20,000 nucleotides of DNA from an uncultured virus (IMG/VR IMGVR_UViG_3300035395_000183) (IMGVR_UViG_3300035395_000183); one strand, 5' to 3'; numbered from the stretch's first letter, positions 8,508 through 16,503 are shown. Program-made: numbers and translations. Notes: generated by a model not told the origin, from the letters alone.

Positions 8508-8703
8508 CTATTTCTAATAAAACTATTTCTAACAGTTCTTTATCCATAAATGCAGTCTTGTAATACTCTCCAGGTGTATTTATTCTTGGAGTATTAAAAA
8601 TCTCGACTCCGTCTGTAAAAAATCTAATAGTCCATATATCTTTAATCCATTCATTGTCAAATTCTCCGGTTTTATATCCGAATTTCTCTAATATTTTTTC
8701 CAT
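8491..8703 (-). CDS. Hypothetical protein, 70 aa
   Basis: Track ORF with ATG start, downstream of a TAnnTTTG box; both Trp codons are TGG. Confidence 0.75.
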   Translation of the reverse strand: MEKILEKFGYKTGEFDNEWIKDIWTIRFFTDGVEIFNTPRINTPGEYYKTAFMDKELLEIVLLEIENKIK

Positions 8704-8726
8704 AATTCATTTATATTTTGATGTTA

Positions 8727-8734
8727 CAAAGATA
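8727..8734 (-). promoter_or_regulatory. Bacteroidota-type -7 promoter box, likely driving the 8703 gene and tRNA(UCA) transcript
   Basis: Minus strand TATCTTTG about 24 bp upstream of ATG 8703, in a divergent AT-rich intergenic region. Confidence 0.6.
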
Positions 8735-8917
8735 AGAAGATTTTTTGTACAAAAATTATACTTTATAAAAATACATTGATTTTAATTTTCTAATAACTTT
8801 TAATATTAAAATCTTAGTTTTAAAATAAAAATTATTTAATATTTCTACTTTATATATTATTTAATAAAGTAATTTAATTTTTAATGTAGATATATAATTT
8901 TTTCTAAAAACTTATTA

Positions 8918-8925
8918 TACCTTTG
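8918..8925 (+). promoter_or_regulatory. Bacteroidota-type -7 promoter box for the LysM gene
   Basis: TACCTTTG 35 bp upstream of ATG 8961. Confidence 0.6.
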
Positions 8926-8960
8926 TATCTAATTATAAATAGTAACAATTAAAAAGAATT

Positions 8961-9776
8961 ATGAAATACAAAATTAAGAAAGCAGTTGATGGATCATTAT
9001 TAAGTAGAATAAATGCTTTAATACCTCCACAACAAATGGTAAGAAACATTATAGAGGATATTCCAGATACTTATATTCCAATAGATTATGGAAAAAAAGC
9101 TGGAGAATTAATAGCACAAAATACACCTGTACAAACTTCAACAAAATATACAATTAATAAAGGAGATACTTTAAGTGCAATTGCTGCTAAACATAAAACT
9201 ACTGTTGCTGAATTAGCAAAAGCTAATGGATTGAGTGGAGATCAAATTAATCATATTGTTACAGGTAAACAATTGATTCTTCCGGGAAATGCAAATAATA
9301 TAGAAACTAAAAAATCCGTTTCAAAAAAGCAACCTATAATTAAAAAAGAAAGTAATAAAACTACTTCTAATAATATGTCTCCAGAACAATTTAAATTCAA
9401 ATCTGCCCCACAAACTCTTCCAAATTTTACGCCATTTTTAGGCGATAAAAATGCAGGATTATATTTATCTAATTATAAAGAAGATTCTGTAAATCCAAAT
9501 AATCCATTTGTAATATCAGGCCCAACGATAGTTGCTAAAAATAATTCTAATAAAGTGATTAATCCAAAAAATCCTATCGTAATAGAAGGTCCAACTATAA
9601 CTCCAAAAAAATCAGTAGTTAATCCTAATAACCCTGTTATTACTGAAGGACCAACTATTTATGGTAAACGTCCTTCAGTTATTAATCCAAAAAATCCAGT
9701 AGTATTAAAAGGACCTATCATAACTGCTAAAAAGACTATTAAAAAGAAACCGTCAGGAGGAGGAAATTCTTGGTAA
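8961..9776 (+). CDS. LysM-domain protein with four C-terminal ~20-aa repeats
   Basis: LysM: YTINKGDTLSAIAAKHKTTVAELAKANGLSGDQINHIVTGKQLILP. Repeats follow NP(K/N)NP-x-(V/I)-x-x-GP-x-I-x-x-K, four copies. Confidence 0.9.
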   Translation: MKYKIKKAVDGSLLSRINALIPPQQMVRNIIEDIPDTYIPIDYGKKAGELIAQNTPVQTSTKYTINKGDTLSAIAAKHKTTVAELAKANGLSGDQINHIVTGKQLILPGNANNIETKKSVSKKQPIIKKESNKTTSNNMSPEQFKFKSAPQTLPNFTPFLGDKNAGLYLSNYKEDSVNPNNPFVISGPTIVAKNNSNKVINPKNPIVIEGPTITPKKSVVNPNNPVITEGPTIYGKRPSVINPKNPVVLKGPIITAKKTIKKKPSGGGNSW

Positions 9777-9832
9777 TATGAGATATATTTTAAAATATCA
9801 GAAACCTGTTAAAAAAGGAAAGTAATTAAATG

Positions 9833-9874
9833 AAAATAGCCCCGATTCTTAATTGAATTTCGGGGCTATTTTTT
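9833..9874. terminator. Bidirectional intrinsic terminator between convergent genes
   Basis: AAAATAGCCCCGA ... TCGGGGCTATTTT(TT) is a perfect 13-bp inverted repeat between the LysM gene (+) and gene 9876 (-). Confidence 0.85.
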
Positions 9875-9875
9875 T

Positions 9876-10136
9876 CTAAAAAGTTATTCTCCAAGGTTGT
9901 GTATAAGGATTTGTTAAAGGTTCACTTATAGGTGTATTCCAAGGATTACTCCACGGATTGTTCGTATCATAATGTTTTCTAAGACAAGGAATACTAACTG
10001 TTTGGATTTCTACTTTTGGAACTATAGTCCAAGTTTCATCAATTCCTAATATTTCTAAAGTATCTTTTAATTTCTGTACATTTACTTCCTCATGTAATGT
10101 AACTACTTTCTTTTCAGTATCTATTGTTAGTGTCAT
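9876..10136 (-). CDS. Hypothetical protein with Pro/Trp-rich C-terminus
   Basis: Track ORF, coupled to the thioredoxin stop (TAATG); four Trp codons, all TGG. Confidence 0.75.
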   Translation of the reverse strand: MTLTIDTEKKVVTLHEEVNVQKLKDTLEILGIDETWTIVPKVEIQTVSIPCLRKHYDTNNPWSNPWNTPISEPLTNPYTQPWRITF

Positions 10137-10402
10137 TATTTATACTTATTTAAAATTTCCATAATTCGATTCTTGGATACTCCTCCAACAATTTTATCTA
10201 CTTGTATATCATCTTTAAATATAATAAGAGTTGGAATACTATAAATAGTATGTTGAGCTACTAACTCTTCATTCTTGTCATCTTCTATATCTATTTTTTC
10301 AATAGAAATATGACTATTCTCCATATCTATTTCTTCTAAGATTGGAGCCAACTGTTTACAGGGTCTACACCAATCAGCATAGAAATCAACTACTTTAATC
10401 AT
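10136..10402 (-). CDS. trxA: Thioredoxin
   Basis: VVDFYADWCRPCKQLAP active site, IYSIPTLIIFKD cis-Pro loop, 88 aa. Confidence 0.93.
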   Translation of the reverse strand: MIKVVDFYADWCRPCKQLAPILEEIDMENSHISIEKIDIEDDKNEELVAQHTIYSIPTLIIFKDDIQVDKIVGGVSKNRIMEILNKYK

Positions 10403-10405
10403 GAA

Positions 10406-10729
10406 TTAAATGTTTGCAAATATTAATAAATCTTTAAAATCTTCTACTGAATCAATTTCAAAAGCATATGCTTTTTCTTGTCCTTCTCGTTTAATTTGAA
10501 CTAAATTTGGTTTAGTCAAGTCTAACATAACATCATAATTCATTTCAAATTCATCTTCAAATGTTTTTGTGTAAACTACAATAGCAGTTTTCTCTACAGC
10601 TTTTATAAATCCAAAGGCATTCATAACCTGTTCCTTCAAGATTTGTTTGCTAATAATCTCTTTATTGATTCTATCTAAGACTGCTGTTAAAGCACCTTTC
10701 TCATGTACTAATGTTTCTAATTCTGTCAT
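10406..10729 (-). CDS. Hypothetical protein
   Basis: Track ORF 10406..10765; ATG 10729 (MTELETL) preferred because it avoids overlap with the upstream gene. Confidence 0.7.
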   Translation of the reverse strand: MTELETLVHEKGALTAVLDRINKEIISKQILKEQVMNAFGFIKAVEKTAIVVYTKTFEDEFEMNYDVMLDLTKPNLVQIKREGQEKAYAFEIDSVEDFKDLLIFANI

Positions 10730-10742
10730 TTGTTTAATTGTT

Positions 10743-11489
10743 TTATAATTCAATTTCTTCATCATCCATTGTTGCTAAATCAATAGAAGTTGCTTTTAAA
10801 TATTTCTTTACCATCTCTAATTCATATTTCATCTTATTAATTTCCATTTGCTGTTGAGCAATTATGATATCATGTTGTTCTATTTTGCATAATACAAACT
10901 GTCCGAATTTTGGTAAATTAAATTCTAAAGCTTCAGTAGGATTACCATCATTATCTGATGTAAGTCTTTTACTTATAAAGTTACTATCAATCAACTCGGA
11001 TACTCGTCTATAAATAGTAGATTCGGATATTCCTGTTTTTTCGGATAACTCTTTATCTGAATAAGTTGTTTTAGCAACTCCTGTATCTTTATCTACAAAT
11101 AAATGTTTTTGAACTGCTATCATAAATGCTTTTTGCTGTGTTGTTAAATCTTTATTCTTTAAAAATTCATAATCATACATTTCAAATTTCTCTGATTTAG
11201 TATTGAATTTATAAGCATTACATTTTCCGACTTTAGTTTTATTTATATCTCCACAATCCTCTAATCTTTTAATGGCATTTACAACTCCTTGATTTGACAT
11301 TTCACAATCTTTTGCTAATCTAGCAATACTCACTATTGCCATTTTAGTTTGACTGTTCATAAATTTCTTGATTTGAGCATAGACATTCAAATCATTATAT
11401 TCTTTTCTTGTTGTTCTTCCATCTTGTTTAAAATTTGGAGTACTAACAGAATTTGGTACTTGTATATGTTGTTTGCTACTATGTTCCAT
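10743..11489 (-). CDS. Tandem winged-helix DNA-binding protein, putative replication initiator
   Basis: Likely start MEHSSKQHIQVPN (ATG 11489). Two wHTH units (SIARLAKDCEMSNQGVVNAIKRLEDCGDI and SDKELSEKTGISESTIYRRVSELIDSNFI) and a C-terminal coiled coil; adjacent to iteron-like repeats. Confidence 0.75.
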   Translation of the reverse strand: MEHSSKQHIQVPNSVSTPNFKQDGRTTRKEYNDLNVYAQIKKFMNSQTKMAIVSIARLAKDCEMSNQGVVNAIKRLEDCGDINKTKVGKCNAYKFNTKSEKFEMYDYEFLKNKDLTTQQKAFMIAVQKHLFVDKDTGVAKTTYSDKELSEKTGISESTIYRRVSELIDSNFISKRLTSDNDGNPTEALEFNLPKFGQFVLCKIEQHDIIIAQQQMEINKMKYELEMVKKYLKATSIDLATMDDEEIEL

Positions 11490-11507
11490 TTGATAAAATT
11501 TGAATAA

Positions 11508-11515
11508 CAAAGATA
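11508..11515 (-). promoter_or_regulatory. Bacteroidota-type -7 promoter box for the wHTH gene
   Basis: Minus strand TATCTTTG about 19 bp upstream of ATG 11489. Confidence 0.6.
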
Positions 11516-11594
11516 CACAAAATTGTTCAAACAAATTGTATATGATATGTTAAAAAATGTTAAATTATAAAATTCGAGACTGAGGTGTATCTAC

Positions 11595-11670
11595 GTCAAA
11601 TTTAGTATGATTTTTGTCAAAATTAGTGGAAGCCCAAGTCAGATTTAGTATGATTTTCGTCAAATTTAGT
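11595..11670. repeat. Four iteron-like direct repeats GTCAAATTTAGT (putative origin or operator array)
   Basis: GTCAAATTTAGT 11595, GTCAAAATTAGT 11616, GTCAGATTTAGT 11638, GTCAAATTTAGT 11659; spacing 21/22/21 bp. Confidence 0.85.
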
Positions 11671-11937
11671 GACATACTATACTTAATATATACTTAATCT
11701 TTTACTATACATAATGCTGTCAATGGGCTAGCGCGACTTTCATAATATCCAATTTATAAAATAAGGTATTACAAAGGTGTTTCTGAAAAAAATTTTAAAA
11801 ATTTTTGAAAAATTTTTTGGGAAAAATTTTTGTTTTTATGTTATAAATGTGAGTCCTGTTTCCTTTGTTCCCTCCAGCCTTAAGGGGCGAGAAAGGCACA
11901 AAGTTTTTCAGACTTCAAACCAATAAAAAACAAAAAA

Positions 11938-12534
11938 ATGGCAACATCTGACAAAATTAAAGTTAACAAAATCGAAGATTTGAGCGCATTACGCGCAAAG
12001 GTAGGCGAAGCCAATGGGCTCAGCGAAGATAAAATCGCTGAAAAGGTAGCAAACGCCGCAACCGAATTTAATTCTGTTCCTGAAGAGGGCACTTTTGACC
12101 ATATCGGGGAAAAGGAATACAAACTAAAAGATGAAAACGGGATAGAAATTACTCGTTATTCTATTGGTTATTATTTAGGCAAGGACGAAAAAACAGCTTT
12201 GCACGTTAGCGAAAATACAATATTCGCACAAACCGTTACCGACGAACCTGTAAAGGTTAAATCAGTAAAGAACGCTGGCAAATATATGCTGAAACAAACA
12301 AGAATAAGTGAGTCGTTGTACTCTGAAAACAGCCAAGACAAGCGTTTATTTGCCCTTAAAGGAAAATCATTCAAAACAGTTAAATTTCCTGGCAAAGCAT
12401 TGAAAAAGTACGAAGCCGATAAAATGTTTGCACCTGCCGAATTAACCATTGCAGAAGCAAAGGAAAAGCTATTGGCTAATACCGAACCGAAAACTTACCA
12501 CGTTTTCACATTGGTAACACCACCTGCCAAATAA
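11938..12534 (+). CDS. Hypothetical protein, first gene of the plus-strand arm
   Basis: 198-aa ORF with an A-rich leader (AATAAAAAACAAAAAAATG), followed by a terminator. Confidence 0.85.
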   Translation: MATSDKIKVNKIEDLSALRAKVGEANGLSEDKIAEKVANAATEFNSVPEEGTFDHIGEKEYKLKDENGIEITRYSIGYYLGKDEKTALHVSENTIFAQTVTDEPVKVKSVKNAGKYMLKQTRISESLYSENSQDKRLFALKGKSFKTVKFPGKALKKYEADKMFAPAELTIAEAKEKLLANTEPKTYHVFTLVTPPAK

Positions 12535-12542
12535 TTGAATTG

Positions 12543-12576
12543 AAAGGGAAGATAGCAATATCTTCCTTTTCTTTTT
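12543..12576 (+). terminator. Intrinsic terminator
   Basis: AAAGGGAAGATA GCAA TATCTTCCTTT followed by TCTTTTT. Confidence 0.8.
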
Positions 12577-12604
12577 CAAACCAAATAGTATATTCATAAG
12601 TACT

Positions 12605-12829
12605 ATGCAAAATATAACTAAGGAATTGAATCGAGACTTAATTTATACATTTGTAGGAAGATTTACAGATGAAAATAGTTTCATAACAGATGATGATAAA
12701 ATTATTGATTGCTTAGCATATAGGCATCATAGATTTTATATGAACAAGAAATTATCAGCTATCAACATACAGTATATTTATTGTGGTATTAATGATTGGG
12801 TAATTTTTCAATGTGTATTAATGGAGTAG
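12605..12829 (+). CDS. Hypothetical protein
   Basis: 74-aa track ORF, ATG to TAG. Confidence 0.55.
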   Translation: MQNITKELNRDLIYTFVGRFTDENSFITDDDKIIDCLAYRHHRFYMNKKLSAINIQYIYCGINDWVIFQCVLME

Positions 12830-13233
12830 AATTACAATGAAAGAAAAGTATATTAAGATTGAGTATTGCACTCCTTTGTAGTTTCTGCTCCATTTGTTAT
12901 TAGGAGATGATTTTCATTGCTGGTTATTAAAAAATTATTGAAGTGTAATGGTGAGATAATCAGAGGAACCCATCAACACACACTCCGCAAAATATCACAC
13001 TTTTCATCTTTTCAAATCACATCTCTAAAAATACATTATATATCTGAGAACATTAATGTATATTTTTTGAGATAACAACACCTAATAGCTTACCACTTGA
13101 GTTAGTGGCTAAATGACTCATCCAACATATCACTTTACAATACGTAAGTATTTGTAAGAGTGTGCTTTCGATGCAAAATATGAACAAACCTAAAGCTTGA
13201 TACACAACAAGCTATCAAAATGTGTATACAACA

Positions 13234-13536
13234 ATGCCTATTACATCCGAAATTAAAAACTCAAGTGCAAACAGGTTAGCTCGTCGTGGTCATGGTATCA
13301 CAGGCTTGAGCTTAGAATTACAATTGGTTCATTTGCAAAACCTTGCAATGCTTCGCGATGAAGTATTAGCTTATCTGAAATCAGAAGCAGATCTTACAAC
13401 TGCTACAATACCAATGCAAAAAACATTGGCTTTCTTGGATTTTGTAGTTCAGCAAGATTTTGAATCACCAATTGCCGATAACCTTTGGAATTATGACTCT
13501 GAAGAAAGACTATCAACAGCACCATCAAAGTATTAA
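13234..13536 (+). CDS. Hypothetical protein
   Basis: Track ORF 13222..13536; ATG 13234 (MPITSEIK) preferred over GTG 13222. Confidence 0.7.
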   Translation: MPITSEIKNSSANRLARRGHGITGLSLELQLVHLQNLAMLRDEVLAYLKSEADLTTATIPMQKTLAFLDFVVQQDFESPIADNLWNYDSEERLSTAPSKY

Positions 13537-13555
13537 TCTCCAAAAAACAAAACCA

Positions 13556-13738
13556 ATGAAAAACTTCATCAATCAAGTATTGCCGGTAATGACTCCGGAA
13601 CAATTAGGAAAAGGATTAGAGCAGGTTATTGCTCTGGGTGATGCTAAAAGCCAACAACTGGCTAAGGAAGATCCTATTCAGGAGTATGCTGATAATCATC
13701 TTGATCCATTGTGGCATATTGCCAACGAAATTAATTAA
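13556..13738 (+). CDS. Hypothetical protein, 60 aa
   Basis: 3' part of track ORF 13460..13738; ATG 13556 is preceded by A-rich AAAAAACAAAACCA. Confidence 0.65.
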   Translation: MKNFINQVLPVMTPEQLGKGLEQVIALGDAKSQQLAKEDPIQEYADNHLDPLWHIANEIN

Positions 13739-13745
13739 TGATCTA

Positions 13746-13791
13746 GGTTCACCCAATATACACTAGTAATAGTGGTGAGGGTGAATCTTTT
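13746..13791 (+). terminator. Terminator-like hairpin
   Basis: GGTTCACCC ... CACTA GTAA TAGTG ... GGGTGAATC TTTTT directly after the stop at 13738. Confidence 0.5.
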
Positions 13792-13794
13792 ATT

Positions 13795-14378
13795 AAAACC
13801 CATTCTATTCCTCTAAGCTAGAGCTTATCCGAATGAGGTGGAGTCCGTTGAGAAGGATATACGGATTTATTGGGTTATTTAAAATGTAATAATGATTCAA
13901 AAATAACTGTCACAGCCCAGGATTGAGCAGGTTAAGTCTGTAGGGTTTGAATCATTGTTACAAATTAATGATATTGGCGATTGGGATTTCCGGAGCACCA
14001 AAGCTTCGGATGCGTGGCTTATTTTTATGATTGAGTCTGTAAGTCTAAGACTTTAAAAATACACATGTTTGATTGTCTAAATCCTATATGGCAAAAGTGT
14101 GAAAAGATTTTCCGAATACTAATCAGCATAGCAGATTTAGTTGCATAATATCGTGATGCAATGAAGACGTAATAAAGGGTATGAGGTTAGCCGTCTCAAA
14201 GAGTATATTACGAGGAAAGTTTATTGGTTTGTCAAAAAATCAATCGGTAATGGTGGGACACTATGGAGCCGCTTCAAAGAAGCAACACTGTTATTGTAAA
14301 GTTGTACCAAACTCAGGCTTTATGAAATGAATGAATAGGCAGTCAAGGGAGTAATCCTTTGATTGCCTTATTTGTTCG
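13795..14378 (+). ncRNA. Putative structured non-coding RNA region
   Basis: No track ORF over about 720 bp. 17-bp stem TGTAATAATGATTCAAA (13885-13901) / TTTGAATCATTGTTACA (13945-13961) around a GC-richer core. AACCCA/TGGGTT-closed multi-stem at about 13796-13876. Ends in the long hairpin AGGCAGTCAAGGGA GTAA TCCTTTGATTGCCT. Confidence 0.45.
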
Positions 14379-14462
14379 ACTCTACTAGAAGAGTATAAAC
14401 ATTGTTAAGTCTAGTGCGTTGATATAATAATATCAGGTCAAACCTATAAAAACCTAGAAATA

Positions 14463-14750
14463 ATGAACGTTACATTAAAACAAGCTTTTTCTATCTTAGA
14501 TGGTAGATTGACTACAGATATGGATGATGTATATTCCATGTTGAGTTACATTTTTGGTGTTAATCTTTTTACTCATGAATTGCCAAGTGCAATGAAAGCA
14601 TTACAAGAAACTAATCCAAAATGGTTTCAAGAAGGTAAAGATCTCATTGATGGTATTAAAAAAGCCAACAATACAAATGATTTTGTTCAACTTATGAAAA
14701 TTATTGATGAACAATTTTCAGATCGTCAAATTATTTTACAAAAGATTTAA
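14463..14750 (+). CDS. Hypothetical protein
   Basis: 95-aa track ORF; leader AAAAACCTAGAAATAATG. Confidence 0.8.
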   Translation: MNVTLKQAFSILDGRLTTDMDDVYSMLSYIFGVNLFTHELPSAMKALQETNPKWFQEGKDLIDGIKKANNTNDFVQLMKIIDEQFSDRQIILQKI

Positions 14751-14771
14751 ACCTTCAAAAACCTAGAAACA

Positions 14772-15011
14772 ATGTGCAAGCATAAAAAATTTCAAGAGTA
14801 TTTTAATACTCGATTTGAACAAGTAAAGCCTGACTTAACTGAAGAACAGGTTGCAGAAATATCCGATTTCAACTTACCAGCTGAAGAGCTGCGTGAAGAA
14901 CTGTGTGAAATCATCGAAAGAGATGGATATTCTCTTACGTTGGACTATTTAGTTGGATTGTGTAATCAGTTCACAATCACAACAGTGATAATTAATCCTC
15001 AAATGAATTAG
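14772..15011 (+). CDS. Hypothetical protein
   Basis: 79-aa track ORF; leader AAAAACCTAGAAACAATG. Confidence 0.75.
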   Translation: MCKHKKFQEYFNTRFEQVKPDLTEEQVAEISDFNLPAEELREELCEIIERDGYSLTLDYLVGLCNQFTITTVIINPQMN

Positions 15012-15013
15012 TA

Positions 15014-15211
15014 ATGGCACACGATCTCAAATTAGTAACAAAAGAAAGGAAAAGTAGAATGTTTGAGTTCACTTATCCTGGACCACTGACAGAACAAGAA
15101 GCCTGCGAAATACAAATGCAGTTAGGGTATCATCCTGCTGGATATGGCTTTTATGGCTTTAAATCTACTCCTCTCTTAACCCAATGGTCATGTGGGGATT
15201 CATGTGATTAA
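15014..15211 (+). CDS. Hypothetical protein
   Basis: 65-aa track ORF starting 2 bp after the upstream stop; LGYHPAGYGF...WSCGDSCD. Confidence 0.75.
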   Translation: MAHDLKLVTKERKSRMFEFTYPGPLTEQEACEIQMQLGYHPAGYGFYGFKSTPLLTQWSCGDSCD

Positions 15212-15287
15212 AGAATCTAGGTTTCTCCTAATGTGTAAGCAAAGGGAGATTCCTTAAATGTTAAACCAATCCCTAAAAACAAATAAA

Positions 15288-15677
15288 ATGAGTGCAACAT
15301 CACATCGTGTCCTTAGTTTAACTCCCTTCGTGGTTGAGTTCATAAACGGAACATCAAGTATTGTGATTCCGTTTCAAGTTGCTTTAACAGTACGTGAGAT
15401 TGAAGAACAATATGACTTCATTGTCTTTACAAAGACGGTAATAGAGCTTAAAAAGTTCACTGTAGACATTCATGTTTATAAAAACAGTGAAACTACATTT
15501 ACAACTGATTCGTTCAGTGATGCCTTAAGAATACAACAAGGTGCATCTGCAATAGCTCAATTAATGGGTTGGACTAGGCATTCAAGTTGTGAAGAAGAAA
15601 TCTCACATTTTGACAGCGTGTTTGATTTGTACAACGAAGGCGCAATAATTGTTAAACGGATTTATCCTAATTCTTAA
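15288..15677 (+). CDS. Hypothetical protein
   Basis: Track ORF 15258..15677; ATG 15288 is preceded by A-rich CTAAAAACAAATAAA. Confidence 0.7.
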   Translation: MSATSHRVLSLTPFVVEFINGTSSIVIPFQVALTVREIEEQYDFIVFTKTVIELKKFTVDIHVYKNSETTFTTDSFSDALRIQQGASAIAQLMGWTRHSSCEEEISHFDSVFDLYNEGAIIVKRIYPNS

Positions 15678-15682
15678 TAATT

Positions 15683-16042
15683 ATGGATAACATTGATAGA
15701 ACTGTCACCTTGGGTATTGCTGTTATAGTGTTAACTCTTATTATATTAGGTTATGTGGGTTCTTGTAATAAAAATAAAGATTCACAATACTTTAATTACA
15801 AAGTTGTACTTATTGAAAAAGGTGGCTACTCTGAACGTGATGGAAAGTTTTCTAATAACGGAAAATATTTTCTTGTTCAAAGTGTAGCTGATACAACATT
15901 GTATACAGAGTTAACAGGATATAATTATAACGCACTCGCAGAAAACAATGGCAGTGCATTATACTGGTCTAAACAACCAGGAGACACGTTATTTTTTAAA
16001 TACATCCGAAAGGATCGATTTTGGCGAAAGATTGCCAAATAA
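15683..16042 (+). CDS. Membrane-anchored protein or probable lipoprotein
   Basis: Hydrophobic VTLGIAVIVLTLIILGY followed by VGSC (lipobox-like). Confidence 0.7.
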   Translation: MDNIDRTVTLGIAVIVLTLIILGYVGSCNKNKDSQYFNYKVVLIEKGGYSERDGKFSNNGKYFLVQSVADTTLYTELTGYNYNALAENNGSALYWSKQPGDTLFFKYIRKDRFWRKIAK

Positions 16043-16075
16043 AAATTTCCGATAATTCTTTGCTACCGGAAAAAG

Positions 16076-16150
16076 AGTTCTTTACGTCTCAGTTGGTAGA
16101 GCGGACCCATTCAGCGGGTCGAGGCACGGGTTCGAGTCCCGTAGGAACTC
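16076..16150 (+). tRNA. Atypical tRNA-like gene with UCA anticodon (second potential UGA decoder, or degenerate tRNA)
   Basis: AGTTCTT TA CGTCTC AGTTGGTA GAGCG GACCC AT-TCA-GC GGGTC GAGGC ACGGG TTCGAGT CCCGT AGGAACT C. Acceptor, anticodon and T stems pair; the D-arm has extra nucleotides. Anticodon at 16111-16113. Confidence 0.7.
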
Positions 16151-16234
16151 CATTAAATCATCAGTGTTCTTCTTTGAATAACGTTAACAAGGTTAGGTAG
16201 AGACTAATTATGTGATGATTTTTCGTATTTTCTG

Positions 16235-16399
16235 TAGGCTGTGAAAGCCGCCATTTCTATGCTAGCGATAGATAGGTGATGCCAGGAAAATGATTCAATA
16301 AAAGTAATAAATTTATTGAATCTGCCGGTTAACGGCTAAAGCCAGAGGGGCTACTGGACCAAAGTGTCGGTGGTAAACAATGTCCCTAAAATAGCCTAC
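16235..16399 (+). ncRNA. Putative structured RNA downstream of the tRNA-like gene
   Basis: Closing stem GTAGGCT/AGCCTAC. Internal hairpins GATTCAATAAA/TTTATTGAATC, GCCG GTTAA CGGC, CCAG..CTGG and CTA GCGA TAG. No track ORF. Confidence 0.45.
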
Positions 16400-16460
16400 T
16401 GAAGAATCGGAAGCATAAGGTAACTTGCTAGACGAGGAAAAACTATTAAGGAAGCTATTT

Positions 16461-16503
16461 AAAGCACAAGAGATTCGAAGTCTTTTTTCTCTTGTGCTTT
16501 TTT
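16461..16503 (+). terminator. Intrinsic terminator
   Basis: AAAGCACAAGAGA ... TCTCTTGTGCTTT TTT, a 13-bp perfect stem. Confidence 0.75.

Noticed and set aside
11595..11670. Mini CRISPR array
   Set aside because: The repeats are only 12 bp with 9-10 bp spacers, two of them nearly identical; this fits iterons or operators.
13085..13965. Assignment of the small pseudoknots to pistol, twister or hammerhead ribozymes
   Set aside because: The conserved catalytic-core sequences and helix order of those classes could not be matched by eye, so they are left as unassigned structures.
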